Positions 26,543 to 37,239 of a DNA stretch of 64,000 nucleotides are shown one piece after another. Every line of letters starts with the position of its first letter. Position 1 is the first letter of the stretch. The notes below the pieces were generated by a model that saw only the letters and a program-made list of their open reading frames with translations, ran no database searches and was not told where the DNA came from. The translations under genes were made by a program, and so were the position numbers. The stretch lies in the NCBI GenBank assembly GCA_964369625.1, contig CAYJFC010000002.1, positions 5,502-69,501 of the forward strand, in the 5' to 3' direction. Source of the DNA: an uncultured Muribaculaceae bacterium (GTDB lineage: Bacteria > Bacillota_I > Bacilli_A > RF39 > UBA660).

Positions 26543-27726
26543 TAAATGCTTTCATTTATATATATAGCACAGCTATAAGCTGTTGAAAAAGCTAATGTTA
26601 AATTATAACCACCTACTGGACCATGAATATCAAGAGCTTCGCCTATATAATACATATTGCTAACTATTTTTGATTCGAAAGTTTTAGTATCTACTCCCTT
26701 TAAACTAATTCCTCCGCCAGTTATATAAGCTTTTGATAAACTATTTACACCACTTACTTTTATAACATCATTATTAATGATATTAATAATTTTTAATATA
26801 TCACCTTTATTTAAACTTTTGACATTTATTTCACTATTAACGCCCGATTTATTTAATAAGTGCAATGCAAATTTTTTAGTAAATAATTTTGTTAAAGCAT
26901 TACCAATACTTTTATCTCGGTTACTTTCAAAAAACATTTCTAAATCATAATCAGGTAAATAATTAATTTTTATTTCTTTTACTTTATCTAAATATATGTG
27001 CTCACTTGCTTTCATAATAGATACACCACTAAGACCTGTATGTGTATAAATCAAATTACCACTAAAATTTTTATTATTAAAATTTAGTTCAATGTTATCA
27101 AAGCTAGTACCAGTTAGAAAAGATGTTCCTAAAGTATTTATTGATGTTTCTGCAGGAAACACTGGAGTAATTTCTTGATTAAATGATTTAGCAAATTTTA
27201 TATGATCACCACTACTGCCTAACGAAGGAAAGCTACATCCACCAGTAGCTACCACTACTCTTTTAGTTTTATAATTACATTTATTTGTTATGATATTAAA
27301 TATATCATTATTTTTATTAATCTCTACAACTTCTTCATTATAAGATATATTACATTTTTTATTTTTAAGTAGAAAATTAAGCACCTCACCAGCATTATTA
27401 GAAACTGGGAAAATTTGGTTTTCTTTTTCTTCTTTTAGAGAAATTTTAAAATAATTCATAATATCTTTGGGTCCAAATCTAGTTAAAGTTGAATATAGAT
27501 ATTTATGATTATATTTTACATTTTCTAAAAAATCTTTAATTTCTTTATTATTAGTTAAATTACATCTTCCACCACCAGTAATTAATAATTTTTTTCCTGG
27601 ACTTTCTTTTTTTTCTAAAATTAAAACTTTTAAATGAGTATTAATAAAATTAGAAAACATTAAACCTGATGCTCCAGCACCAATTACAATAACATCATAC
27701 ATACTATACCTATAATAACCTTTCAA
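26542..27726 (-). CDS. HI0933/BaiN-like FAD-dependent oxidoreductase (394 aa).
   Basis: Dinucleotide fold VIVIGAGASGLM. GGGRCNLTN motif typical of the HI0933 family. Confidence 0.75.
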   Translation of the reverse strand: MKGYYRYSMYDVIVIGAGASGLMFSNFINTHLKVLILEKKESPGKKLLITGGGRCNLTNNKEIKDFLENVKYNHKYLYSTLTRFGPKDIMNYFKISLKEEKENQIFPVSNNAGEVLNFLLKNKKCNISYNEEVVEINKNNDIFNIITNKCNYKTKRVVVATGGCSFPSLGSSGDHIKFAKSFNQEITPVFPAETSINTLGTSFLTGTSFDNIELNFNNKNFSGNLIYTHTGLSGVSIMKASEHIYLDKVKEIKINYLPDYDLEMFFESNRDKSIGNALTKLFTKKFALHLLNKSGVNSEINVKSLNKGDILKIINIINNDVIKVSGVNSLSKAYITGGGISLKGVDTKTFESKIVSNMYYIGEALDIHGPVGGYNLTLAFSTAYSCAIYINESI

Positions 27727-27818
27727 ATATATTTTAACATAATGAATTTAGTTATTAAATAAAAAAAGTATAACTTATTACAATTATACTTTTTTATACT
27801 TGTGGGAAATTTATTATA

Positions 27819-29447
27819 TTAATTTATCCCTTTTATTATATTAATGGTTCCTTCTGTATATTCAATATTTATTTGCATACCATTTTTTATAAATGGTAAT
27901 CTATATTCATCTACTGTTATAGACATTTGATAATTAGCCCCTTCGCTATCTGTTATATAATAATATGTATTACCATCTATTATAGCAGATGTAATAAAAT
28001 CAACCGTTATATCTTTTGTTATAACGTTATCTTCATTTATAGTTTCACTACTTATTTTACTTATATAATCTTCGCTTGCCTTAACTATTCCAAGAGAAGA
28101 ATCTGTAACAGATACTAATTGATAATCAATTACATCTACAAATGCATACATTTTTACAAGACCTGCTGCATCTTTTAAACTCATTAAATAAGTTGGTCTT
28201 CCTGCTAAATTTATTAACAATGGAAATGAAGCTATATAACCTTTTTCCTGCACTAACCCTTGAGCTGAATTCATTGCACTAAATTCTTCAGCACCTGCTA
28301 CTGAATAATAATTTGTTTGCTTTGTTCTTAAATTAACTAATATAAATCCTAAATTAGATTCATCTGCTAATACTGATGTTATTCCTGTATATAAATAAAC
28401 ATCATCTTCTATTGTTAAATAATTATATCCTTCAGTTGTATTTACCACATTCTTTTGTCCGAATATAGAATTCCAAAAACCATTTACATAACTTCCCCAA
28501 TTGTTTACTTGCTCTAGTATAAGTTCTGATGGATATACATGATCAACCCATGATGGAATTTCATCTATATCATATTTTTTTGACTTTCCTGTGACTGCAT
28601 CTAAAAGTATTACTCCATCAATGGAAGATCTCATATTTACACCAACATATTTAACAGTAGGTACTACCCAGTAAGGATTTCCTTCTTCATCTATTTCAAA
28701 TGTTTTAGTCCCAAATATTTCAGTTGGATACTCGAATCTTAATTTACGATTTAAATCCTCACTAAACATAGCACTAGGCATATATTTCATTCCTTCTTCT
28801 AACTCAGTAAGTTTTGCCTCACCAGTTACTGAATCAACTGTTATATATGCTTTAACACCTTCATCTCTATTAGTAAAATATTTTATTAATCCATCGTACT
28901 CTAAAGGTGTTACTCTAAGTATTTCCTCTTGATAATTAATTTGTGTATACAAACTACTTACCGTAAATTGACTAACTAATTCAGGTATTTCCCCCATTTT
29001 GCGGTCACCTAATTTTTGTGAAGATTCTTTATCTAAAAGTGGTATTTTATTAAAATCAACCTCGGAAATATTTTCACTAAAACTAATAGTTTCATCAACA
29101 GATATTCTATTAGCATAGTCATTTGCGTTAAACAATGGTGAAAAGAAAATATTGACCCCAATCATACCAATAATTATTATTCCTATTGATAGCACTAAAA
29201 TTTTAGTAACTTTGTTTTCTATTTTAATATTATTGATATCGCTTAAATTTTTATATCCATTTATTTCATATTTTTTTATTGTATCAACAATTCCAGTAAT
29301 TGATGTAAGCACTAAATAAACTATTATACCCATAATTATGAATGTCCAAAATGCTATTGAACTAGGGTTTAGTGGTGGTAATACCACATAGTAATATGCC
29401 CCCATAATTAATAATGTAATTATAATTTTAATGATTTGTTTTTTCAT
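27819..29447 (-). CDS. Membrane protein with 3 N-terminal TM helices and a large extracytoplasmic domain (542 aa).
   Basis: Start moved to the Met with SD AGGAGTGA (reverse complement of 29453-29460). No family recognised. Confidence 0.5.
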   Translation of the reverse strand: MKKQIIKIIITLLIMGAYYYVVLPPLNPSSIAFWTFIIMGIIVYLVLTSITGIVDTIKKYEINGYKNLSDINNIKIENKVTKILVLSIGIIIIGMIGVNIFFSPLFNANDYANRISVDETISFSENISEVDFNKIPLLDKESSQKLGDRKMGEIPELVSQFTVSSLYTQINYQEEILRVTPLEYDGLIKYFTNRDEGVKAYITVDSVTGEAKLTELEEGMKYMPSAMFSEDLNRKLRFEYPTEIFGTKTFEIDEEGNPYWVVPTVKYVGVNMRSSIDGVILLDAVTGKSKKYDIDEIPSWVDHVYPSELILEQVNNWGSYVNGFWNSIFGQKNVVNTTEGYNYLTIEDDVYLYTGITSVLADESNLGFILVNLRTKQTNYYSVAGAEEFSAMNSAQGLVQEKGYIASFPLLINLAGRPTYLMSLKDAAGLVKMYAFVDVIDYQLVSVTDSSLGIVKASEDYISKISSETINEDNVITKDITVDFITSAIIDGNTYYYITDSEGANYQMSITVDEYRLPFIKNGMQINIEYTEGTINIIKGIN

Positions 29448-29475
29448 TTTTATCACTCCTAACATAAGTATATCA

Positions 29476-30381
29476 CTAATTATGCTTTAATCCAATTTTT
29501 TTATAAACTTTAACTAGTTTTGCAACAGAACTATTATAGCAACGATTATATTCTTCTTCGTTTATTTTTTTTAATGTGTATTTTCTTATATGATTTTCAA
29601 ATAAATTTACTAAATTTATTAAAGATTCAAAATTGTCACTGCCTATTATTTTATAAAACTCAGAAAAATTACCAGTCATTTTTGAATCTATTATTATGTC
29701 TTTATAATTATTATATATAGGTCTTACTATTTCTCTAATATAACTATGAGTACTAAAATTACTATAATTATTCCAGTTATTGTTTGGCTCTAATATATAA
29801 TAATTTGATTTAATCATTTTATCTATTATATCTTCAAGCTGAATATCTACAATAGCGTCATCAAATAACGCATATTTTAATTTATTAGGTAAATATTCAT
29901 TGTATTCGTTTTCATTTTGTGAATTTATAAATCCTACTGAATAACTATATGAACTAGTTTGAACACTTGATATAACATGACAAAATTCATGTAACAGTAG
30001 ATAATCAATATAACCATACATATTAGGTTTTATGGAAAAAAACAATACTGTTAAATAGTCAAAACCACAACCAAGTATTGCATTAGTTATCTGAAATTTT
30101 CTTTTAGCGCTACTAAGTTCTATAATATTTTTATTAAATATACTCGGATCTAATAAATGAATTTCTTTGATTTTGTTTGACATAACAAATTCATTTAAAT
30201 TACCAGTATACCTAATAATATCTTCTGCTTTTTGTTCGTATTCTCTAATGCCTTCTTCATTATTATAGAAAACATATTCCAAGTCATTAATTCTTTTGTT
30301 TATTAAATTTTGATAATCAGGATATATTTTACTCAAGATATTAATTGTCCTTATTTTTATATTTTCAATATTATAATCCAT
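29476..30381 (-). CDS. Putative zinc metallopeptidase (HExxH), 301 aa.
   Basis: LLLHEFCHVISS motif. Otherwise unrecognised. Confidence 0.4.
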   Translation of the reverse strand: MDYNIENIKIRTINILSKIYPDYQNLINKRINDLEYVFYNNEEGIREYEQKAEDIIRYTGNLNEFVMSNKIKEIHLLDPSIFNKNIIELSSAKRKFQITNAILGCGFDYLTVLFFSIKPNMYGYIDYLLLHEFCHVISSVQTSSYSYSVGFINSQNENEYNEYLPNKLKYALFDDAIVDIQLEDIIDKMIKSNYYILEPNNNWNNYSNFSTHSYIREIVRPIYNNYKDIIIDSKMTGNFSEFYKIIGSDNFESLINLVNLFENHIRKYTLKKINEEEYNRCYNSSVAKLVKVYKKIGLKHN

Positions 30382-30419
30382 GATTTCACCTACTTAAATA
30401 TATCGCCCAACTTAAAAAT

Positions 30420-30944
30420 CTATATACGAACTATTTTATGTAATTTGATTATCAATTTATATAAGAAAAACATTGCAGGGATATTAAACAAAATGAAAAG
30501 AAAAGTCGCAGCACCAAAAGTAAGATTATAAACAATTAGAAAAACTGCTATATTTAAAATGAAACTTACTATTAATACTAACCTAGAGCTATTTATATAA
30601 TTTTTATTAATCTCAAAGCACAAATTTTCAACTATATTTTTATACCATATAATAGCTATTGGAATAAAAATAATAGTACAGGAAAAGAAAATTAATATTA
30701 ATATAGTTATATATTTACTTATTTTTTTTTGCGTTAAAAAATAATCCCAAGAAAAGAAAGCTAAACAAATAATAAAGGTTATTAATATAGGCATCCAGTA
30801 GTAAGCAAAATTTTCAGTAGTACTCAGAGTTAATCCTGATATAGCTTTTAAACTAATTAAAAATAGAATGCTAATGCTTATAAGTATTACAATATTTATA
30901 GTCATTAGAAGTTTATAAGTTTTTTTATTATTAATCATATACAT
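30420..30944 (-). CDS. Polytopic membrane protein (174 aa, about 5 TM).
   Basis: Hydrophobicity profile. Confidence 0.45.
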   Translation of the reverse strand: MYMINNKKTYKLLMTINIVILISISILFLISLKAISGLTLSTTENFAYYWMPILITFIICLAFFSWDYFLTQKKISKYITILILIFFSCTIIFIPIAIIWYKNIVENLCFEINKNYINSSRLVLIVSFILNIAVFLIVYNLTFGAATFLFILFNIPAMFFLYKLIIKLHKIVRI

Positions 30945-30985
30945 TCACCTAATTAAATTATATAACTAATACTTAAAATAATCAA

Positions 30986-31207
30986 TTATTTAAGCGTATC
31001 TATTATACTACTTACAATATCTATATTATCTATAAGAGAGCTTATTTTATCACTAGTACGCTCTTTATACTTTATTTTCATATCCTTTAGAAAGGTATTA
31101 TAATTTATATTTCCTCGATTAAGTTCTTTAATATAATATGAATTTTCTTTTAAATAATTAAAATATTTTTCGTTTTTTCTAAAATCCATTTGAATATTAA
31201 GCTCCAT
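30986..31207 (-). CDS. Hypothetical small protein (73 aa).
   Basis: ORF co-directional and tightly linked with the next gene. Confidence 0.35.
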   Translation of the reverse strand: MELNIQMDFRKNEKYFNYLKENSYYIKELNRGNINYNTFLKDMKIKYKERTSDKISSLIDNIDIVSSIIDTLK

Positions 31208-31210
31208 TTA

Positions 31211-31567
31211 TTAATCTCCAAAAAATTTATTCATCGGTCTTGGACTAGTAGGTCCTTTTGATTTTAATATATTTGAAGCACCTTTTCCAGTTAATTCTTG
31301 TACAAAGCCTAATGCTTTTTGAGCTGTTCCTATGTGTTCTTGAATTGAATCCATATTTACATTTTTAAGTACATCACCTATTTTACCTAAACCACCAGTT
31401 ATACCGGATTTATTAATACTTTCATATTTATTCCACACACTTCTATCCTGACCATACATGTCATATAATTCATAAAATTTTTGCCAAGTCATTTCACCAT
31501 TTTTTATGTAATCTACTAATTCTGGTTTATTTTTAACAAATTCCTTAAATTCTTCTTTTTTACTCAA
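31211..31567 (-). CDS. Hypothetical protein (118 aa).
   Basis: ORF downstream of parC. No motif. Confidence 0.45.
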   Translation of the reverse strand: MSKKEEFKEFVKNKPELVDYIKNGEMTWQKFYELYDMYGQDRSVWNKYESINKSGITGGLGKIGDVLKNVNMDSIQEHIGTAQKALGFVQELTGKGASNILKSKGPTSPRPMNKFFGD

Positions 31568-31612
31568 AATAAATCACCCATTAAATTTTATGCTTTTAAT
31601 GAGTGATATTTT

Positions 31613-34108
31613 CTAAATTTTAAAATCTTCTGCAAATTCATCTAAAGAAAGTTGTTTTTTCTTAGAATTATTTTGTTCTTTTGTTTCTTCCTTGTTATCT
31701 TTTTTTTCATCTTTTAAATTAACTATATCTTTTTTTAGTACTACTTTATCAATGTTACTTTTGCTAATAACAGACCCAGTACTTTGTAAATCCATTATAG
31801 ATATATCACTATTTTTCATTTCTAATATATCTAAGTCATTAATAATTAAATTAGTGTCTCTTGCACTTGTTAAATGAGCTGATATTATTTTGTAATCTTT
31901 TGCTTTAACTTTTTTGAATAACATATTTCCTTTTTTTGCTCTAGAAATATTTTCCAGTTCCACTAACTTACTTCTTTTTCCAGTTTTAAAATTAGTAAAG
32001 ATATTTAAGTATTCATATTCTTCTTTTATAGCTGATGCATATACTACAAAATCATCTTTAAGAGATATTCCTTTAACACCACTTGCCTTAACTCCCACAA
32101 CAGGTATTTCAGCTGTATTATATTTTAGATAATAACCATTTGATGTTACAAAAATGCATTCTTCTTTTTCTATTTCTACGTTTAATAACTCGTCATCATT
32201 TTTAAGTTTAAATGCCATTAATGGTTTAGAATATCTAGTTACTTCGAAATCTTTAAGTAACACCTTTTTAGTCATACCATTTTTTGTAAATAAACATACA
32301 TTTTTACTTTTATCTTTTAATATAAGTGATGAAATAATTCTCTCTTCCGGACTTATCATAATAGTGTTAGATATATGTTTACCTAAATCCTTCCATTTTA
32401 CATCTGGTAAAATATGAACTGGTATATATAAATAATTCCCTAAATTTGTAAAAAGAAGTAATGTATCTTGAGTTGTAACTAAATACTGCCCGATGACATA
32501 ATCACCAGGTTTTACAAAAGCCTCATCATCGCTAGATGAATATGATTTATAACTTACTCTTTTAATATATCCTTCATTTGTTACCACTACTACTACATTT
32601 TCAGTTGGAATCATTTCCTTTAAATCAACTTTTACTTCTTCTATTTCATGCATGATTTCTGTTTTTCTAGGTGTTGCATATTCTTTTTTAATATTTTTAA
32701 GTTCTAATTTCATAACACTTTTTAGTTTATCTTCACTACCTAGTATTTCTTCTAACCCAGCTATTGCTTTTTTCAATTTTTCAGCTTCCTCTTCTAAAAT
32801 TACTACATCAGTATTTGTTAATCTATAAAGTTGCAGCTCAACTATTGCTTTAGCTTGTTCTTCAGTAAATTCGTATTTACTTACTAAATTTTTTATTGAA
32901 TCACTTTTGTTTTTACTAGATCTAATTAATGCAATAACTTCATCTAAAATACTTATTGCTTTTATTAAACCTTCAGTAATATGAAATCTTTTTTTGAAAT
33001 TTGCAAGATCAAATTCAAATCTTTTAATAAAAAAGTTTTTTTGATGTACTATGTAAGCATCAATAATATCTAAAATACCTAACTGTTTAGGAGTTCTATT
33101 AACTATTGCCACCATATTATAATTGTAAGATATTTGCAGTTCTGTATTTTTAAGTAAATAGTTTAAAACAAAATTTTTGTTGGCATTTGCTTTTAAATCT
33201 ATAGCAATTCTAAGACCAGTTCTATCAGTCTCATCTCTAACTTCTGCTATACCTTCTATTTTTTTATCAATTCTAATTGAATCTATTTTAGCAACTAAAT
33301 TTGCTTTATTAACTTCATATGGTATTTCAGTAACTATAATTTGATCTTTATTTTTTTCTCTTTTAAATTCAATTTTACTTCTAAGTATTACTCTACCTTT
33401 TCCAGTTTTAAATGCATCTTTAATTCCTTCAATTCCCTGTGCAATACCACCAGTAGGATAATCTGGACCTTTAATAAGTTCCATAATTGTATCTAAATAA
33501 CAATTAGGTGATTCAATTCTTTTTATTGTAGCATCAATTACTTCTCCTAAGTTGTGTGGAGGAATATTTGTTGCATAACCTGCTGATATACCACTTGCAC
33601 CATTTACGAGTAAATTAGGATATTTTGCAGGTAATACAGTAGGCTCTAAATATCTATCGTCAAAATTTGGCGACCAAGAAACTGTATTTTTTTCTAAATC
33701 TTTTAATAATTCACTAGATATTTTGGCAAGCCTTGCTTCAGTATAACGATATGCAGCTGCACTATCACCATCCATTGAACCATTATTACCATGTATATCA
33801 ATTAAAATATGATTTTGTTTCCACCACTGACTCATACGAACCATTGCATCATACACTGAAGAGTCTCCATGTGGATGATATTTACCTAAAACATCTCCAA
33901 CAGTAGCAGCACATTTAAAATATCCTTTATCATGAGTATATCCAGCTTTATGCATTGCAAAAAGAATTCTTCTTTGAACAGGTTTTAGACCATCTCTTAC
34001 ATCTGGTATAGCTCTATCTTGTATTATTTCTTTAGCATATTTACCAAATCTATCACCCATTATTTCTTCAAGTGCATAATCTTGTATTTTTTTTATAACA
34101 TCTTGCAT
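31613..34108 (-). CDS. parC: DNA topoisomerase IV subunit A.
   Basis: 831 aa. GyrA/ParC N-terminal breakage-reunion domain with catalytic AAAYRYTEARL. No GyrA-box (QRRGGKG) in the CTD. Follows parE. Confidence 0.8.
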   Translation of the reverse strand: MQDVIKKIQDYALEEIMGDRFGKYAKEIIQDRAIPDVRDGLKPVQRRILFAMHKAGYTHDKGYFKCAATVGDVLGKYHPHGDSSVYDAMVRMSQWWKQNHILIDIHGNNGSMDGDSAAAYRYTEARLAKISSELLKDLEKNTVSWSPNFDDRYLEPTVLPAKYPNLLVNGASGISAGYATNIPPHNLGEVIDATIKRIESPNCYLDTIMELIKGPDYPTGGIAQGIEGIKDAFKTGKGRVILRSKIEFKREKNKDQIIVTEIPYEVNKANLVAKIDSIRIDKKIEGIAEVRDETDRTGLRIAIDLKANANKNFVLNYLLKNTELQISYNYNMVAIVNRTPKQLGILDIIDAYIVHQKNFFIKRFEFDLANFKKRFHITEGLIKAISILDEVIALIRSSKNKSDSIKNLVSKYEFTEEQAKAIVELQLYRLTNTDVVILEEEAEKLKKAIAGLEEILGSEDKLKSVMKLELKNIKKEYATPRKTEIMHEIEEVKVDLKEMIPTENVVVVVTNEGYIKRVSYKSYSSSDDEAFVKPGDYVIGQYLVTTQDTLLLFTNLGNYLYIPVHILPDVKWKDLGKHISNTIMISPEERIISSLILKDKSKNVCLFTKNGMTKKVLLKDFEVTRYSKPLMAFKLKNDDELLNVEIEKEECIFVTSNGYYLKYNTAEIPVVGVKASGVKGISLKDDFVVYASAIKEEYEYLNIFTNFKTGKRSKLVELENISRAKKGNMLFKKVKAKDYKIISAHLTSARDTNLIINDLDILEMKNSDISIMDLQSTGSVISKSNIDKVVLKKDIVNLKDEKKDNKEETKEQNNSKKKQLSLDEFAEDFKI

Positions 34109-34115
34109 GTTTCAC

Positions 34116-36023
34116 CTAATTTCTATAGTCATCTTCTAATGTAAAGATAACATTTTCATTAATCCATTCTTTACGAGGTTCTACTTTATCTCCCATAAGT
34201 GTACTAACTCTTTTTTCTGCCATAGCAGCATCATCTATATTTATTCTAATTAAACTTCTAGTATCAGGATCCATCGTTGTTTCCCATAACTGATCAGGAT
34301 TCATTTCTCCAAGTCCTTTATATCTTTGAATTGAATAATTTTTTGTAGTATTTCTTTTTTCATCTTCTAGTTCTTCATCAGAATATAAATATTTAAAGTT
34401 TTTCCCTATCGTAAATTTATAAAGAGGAGGAAGTGCTAAATATAACTTTCCTGCTTCTATTAAAGGTCTCATATATCTATAGAAGAAAGTTAATAGTAAT
34501 ATTTGGATATGTGCTCCATCTACATCAGCATCTGTCATTATTATAACTTTATCATAATTAGCTTCACTTACTTCAAATGACGAACCAATACCTGCACCTA
34601 TTGTATATATAAGTGTATTAATTTCTTCATTTTTCATAATATCATCCATATTCGCTTTTTCTGTATTAATTACTTTACCTCTAAGAGGAAGTATTGCTTG
34701 AAATTTACGATCACGGCCACCTTTTGCAGATCCACCTGCTGAGTCTCCTTCTACTAAAAAAAGTTCATTAATTTTTGCATTTTTACTTTGAGCTGGCGAA
34801 AGTTTACCTGATAAATTTTTTTCAAATTTATTTTTATTTTTACCATTTCGAGCATCTTCACGAGCTTTACGAGCAGCTTCTCTTGCTTGTTTACTTCTCA
34901 ATGCTTTATCCAAAATTGTTAATGCTATTTCTTTATTTTCTTCTAAAAAGAATTTTAAATTTTCATATGTAATACTTTCAGTTACACTTCTTGCCTCAGG
35001 TGTTCCAAGTTTACCTTTAGTTTGGCCTTCAAATTCAAGTAAATTTTCTGGTATTTTTAAATTAAGAACTATACTTAAACCTTCTCTAACATCTGTACCA
35101 TCTAAATTAGCATCTTTTTCTTTTAATATATTATTATTTCTAGCATAGTCATTAAAAGCTTTCGTAATACCAGTTTTAAACCCTACTTCATGTGAACCAC
35201 CATCACTAGTTTTTACATTATTAACAAATGACATAATATTTTCATTATAACTATCTGTATATTGCATAGCTATTTCAACATCTATTTTTTGTTTATTACC
35301 TTTAAAATTAATTACTTTATGTAGTACATTTTTATCTTCGTTTATATATTCAACAAAGCTTATAAGACCATTTTCATAATGAAATTTAGCTTCTTTCCCA
35401 TCAGCCTCATCTATTACCTCTACAGTTAAATTATTCAATAAAAATGCTGACTCTTGCATTCTTTCACAAATAGTTGTATATGAAAAATTACAATTTTTAA
35501 ATATTGTATCATCAGGCATGAATGTAACTGTCGTACCTGTTTTTTTAGATGTACCTACTTCTTTTAAGGGCTCTAAAACTTTTCCACCATCGTGAAATTT
35601 AATTTCAGAAGTTTTCCCTTCCCTATTAATAGATACAATCATCTGTTTAGATAGCGCATTTACAACTGAAGCTCCAACGCCATGTAGTCCACCAGAAACT
35701 TTGTAACCAGCTTCCTGAAATTTACCACCAGCATGAAGCACTGTATAAATCACTTCTGGAGTTGATTTACCCGTTGCATGCATACCAATTGGTACCCCGC
35801 GGCCATTATCGCTAACTGTTATACTACCATCTTTATTTAATATGAGTTTTATATAATCACCAAAACCATTGATAACTTCATCAATTGAATTATCTACTAT
35901 TTCCCATACTAAATGATGCATACCACGCTTATCTGTTGAGCCGATATACATACCTGGACGTTTTCTAACTGCCTCTAATCCTTCTAAAACTTTTATACTT
36001 GATTCATCATAATTTACTGTCAT
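34116..36023 (-). CDS. parE: DNA topoisomerase IV subunit B.
   Basis: 635 aa. GHKL ATPase and TOPRIM (EGDSAGG, DADVDGAHI). Confidence 0.8.
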   Translation of the reverse strand: MTVNYDESSIKVLEGLEAVRKRPGMYIGSTDKRGMHHLVWEIVDNSIDEVINGFGDYIKLILNKDGSITVSDNGRGVPIGMHATGKSTPEVIYTVLHAGGKFQEAGYKVSGGLHGVGASVVNALSKQMIVSINREGKTSEIKFHDGGKVLEPLKEVGTSKKTGTTVTFMPDDTIFKNCNFSYTTICERMQESAFLLNNLTVEVIDEADGKEAKFHYENGLISFVEYINEDKNVLHKVINFKGNKQKIDVEIAMQYTDSYNENIMSFVNNVKTSDGGSHEVGFKTGITKAFNDYARNNNILKEKDANLDGTDVREGLSIVLNLKIPENLLEFEGQTKGKLGTPEARSVTESITYENLKFFLEENKEIALTILDKALRSKQAREAARKAREDARNGKNKNKFEKNLSGKLSPAQSKNAKINELFLVEGDSAGGSAKGGRDRKFQAILPLRGKVINTEKANMDDIMKNEEINTLIYTIGAGIGSSFEVSEANYDKVIIMTDADVDGAHIQILLLTFFYRYMRPLIEAGKLYLALPPLYKFTIGKNFKYLYSDEELEDEKRNTTKNYSIQRYKGLGEMNPDQLWETTMDPDTRSLIRINIDDAAMAEKRVSTLMGDKVEPRKEWINENVIFTLEDDYRN

Positions 36024-36074
36024 TTATATTTTCACCAATGATATTATAACAAAAAAAAGCGCCATTAGGCAACT

Positions 36075-36905
36075 TTATTTGTCAATATTGTACGTTTCTC
36101 CTGAAATTGAGTTAATATCAAAAGGTTTTTCCTCAACAGATTTAACTTTTTTCTTTGGTAAATCTATACCAGTTTTTGTAGGTTTAAGCTCTTCTGATAC
36201 TTCCTCTATTTTTTCTTCTTCTGGTTTTTTAGCAGCATACACAGAACTAAAAATTTCTGATGACTTAAATGCTGGTTTTTTTTCTTCTTCTTTATTTTCA
36301 AATATATCCATTACTTCATCAAAGTTAAGTTCTGGCAATTTAATTTCTTCCTCTACTTCATTTACTACTTCTTGAACCTTTTCTTCAATTTTTTTTGTAA
36401 CTGGTTCTATTTGTTTTTCTTCAGTTACTACAACTGGCTCTATAATTTTTTCCTCTTCCACTTCTACTGGTTTTTTTTCATCAAAAGTAGTAACTTCCAC
36501 ATTTTCTTCTTTTATTTCTACAGGTTTTTCTTCTAATTTCGTTTCTGAAACTGGTTCAAAAGCTGGCATAATAATCGTATCTGATAATTCAGCATCTTCT
36601 TTTTTTTCTTCTGTAACTGGTAAAGTTTTAGGAATTGGTGGCAATAAAATATCCACGTTTTCTGCTTTTTTTACTGGTTCAGGCTTTACTTCAGTTTCCA
36701 CTTTAACTTCATTTTTTTCTTCTTTAAAAGCTTTTTCTAAAGCTAGTTTTTCTAATTTTTTTGTTTCTTCTATTTTTTGATCTTTTTTCCCTAAAAATAA
36801 AACTAACAAAAACAAAACTACTAAAACTACTATAGCTATAATTAAATATAATGTAAAATTTTCTATATTGTATAAGTTATTAAAAAATTCTTGCATTTTA
36901 AACAC
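36075..36905 (-). CDS. N-terminally anchored low-complexity E/K/P/V-rich protein (276 aa).
   Basis: One TM helix, then a highly charged repetitive region (EEK/PVE repeats). Confidence 0.5.
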   Translation of the reverse strand: MFKMQEFFNNLYNIENFTLYLIIAIVVLVVLFLLVLFLGKKDQKIEETKKLEKLALEKAFKEEKNEVKVETEVKPEPVKKAENVDILLPPIPKTLPVTEEKKEDAELSDTIIMPAFEPVSETKLEEKPVEIKEENVEVTTFDEKKPVEVEEEKIIEPVVVTEEKQIEPVTKKIEEKVQEVVNEVEEEIKLPELNFDEVMDIFENKEEEKKPAFKSSEIFSSVYAAKKPEEEKIEEVSEELKPTKTGIDLPKKKVKSVEEKPFDINSISGETYNIDK

Positions 36906-36988
36906 ACCCCTTTATTCTAATATATATTCAGTTTAACATGTATTATTCTTTTAATCAATAAAAAAATAGTGAATTTCACTACTTTACA

Positions 36989-37198
36989 TTATTTATAACG
37001 ATTCATTTGACTCATTACTTGTTTGACTTGTTTCTGACTAGGTTTTCTCCCCATTTGACTCATCATTACTTCAATCATTTTTTCATTAATTGGTGGATTT
37101 TTTTCAAGCATTCTTTTCATTAAAAATCTTGCTACAAAAAAACCTATTATAAGTCCAATAATTAATCCTATTACTATATATAATATTTGTTCTAACAT
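36989..37198 (-). CDS. yneF: UPF0154/YneF-family small membrane protein (69 aa).
   Basis: Single N-terminal TM followed by [16 protein letters not shown]...[14 protein letters not shown], which is YneF-like. Confidence 0.6.
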   Translation of the reverse strand: MLEQILYIVIGLIIGLIIGFFVARFLMKRMLEKNPPINEKMIEVMMSQMGRKPSQKQVKQVMSQMNRYK

Positions 37199-37239
37199 AT
37201 TATCACTCCTTGATATAATTTTACTATAAAACTAGTATT

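Noticed and set aside
31613-36023. DNA gyrase gyrB-gyrA
   Set aside because: No GyrA-box (QRRGGKG) in the A subunit CTD, and the position is away from an origin. Assigned as topo IV parE-parC.
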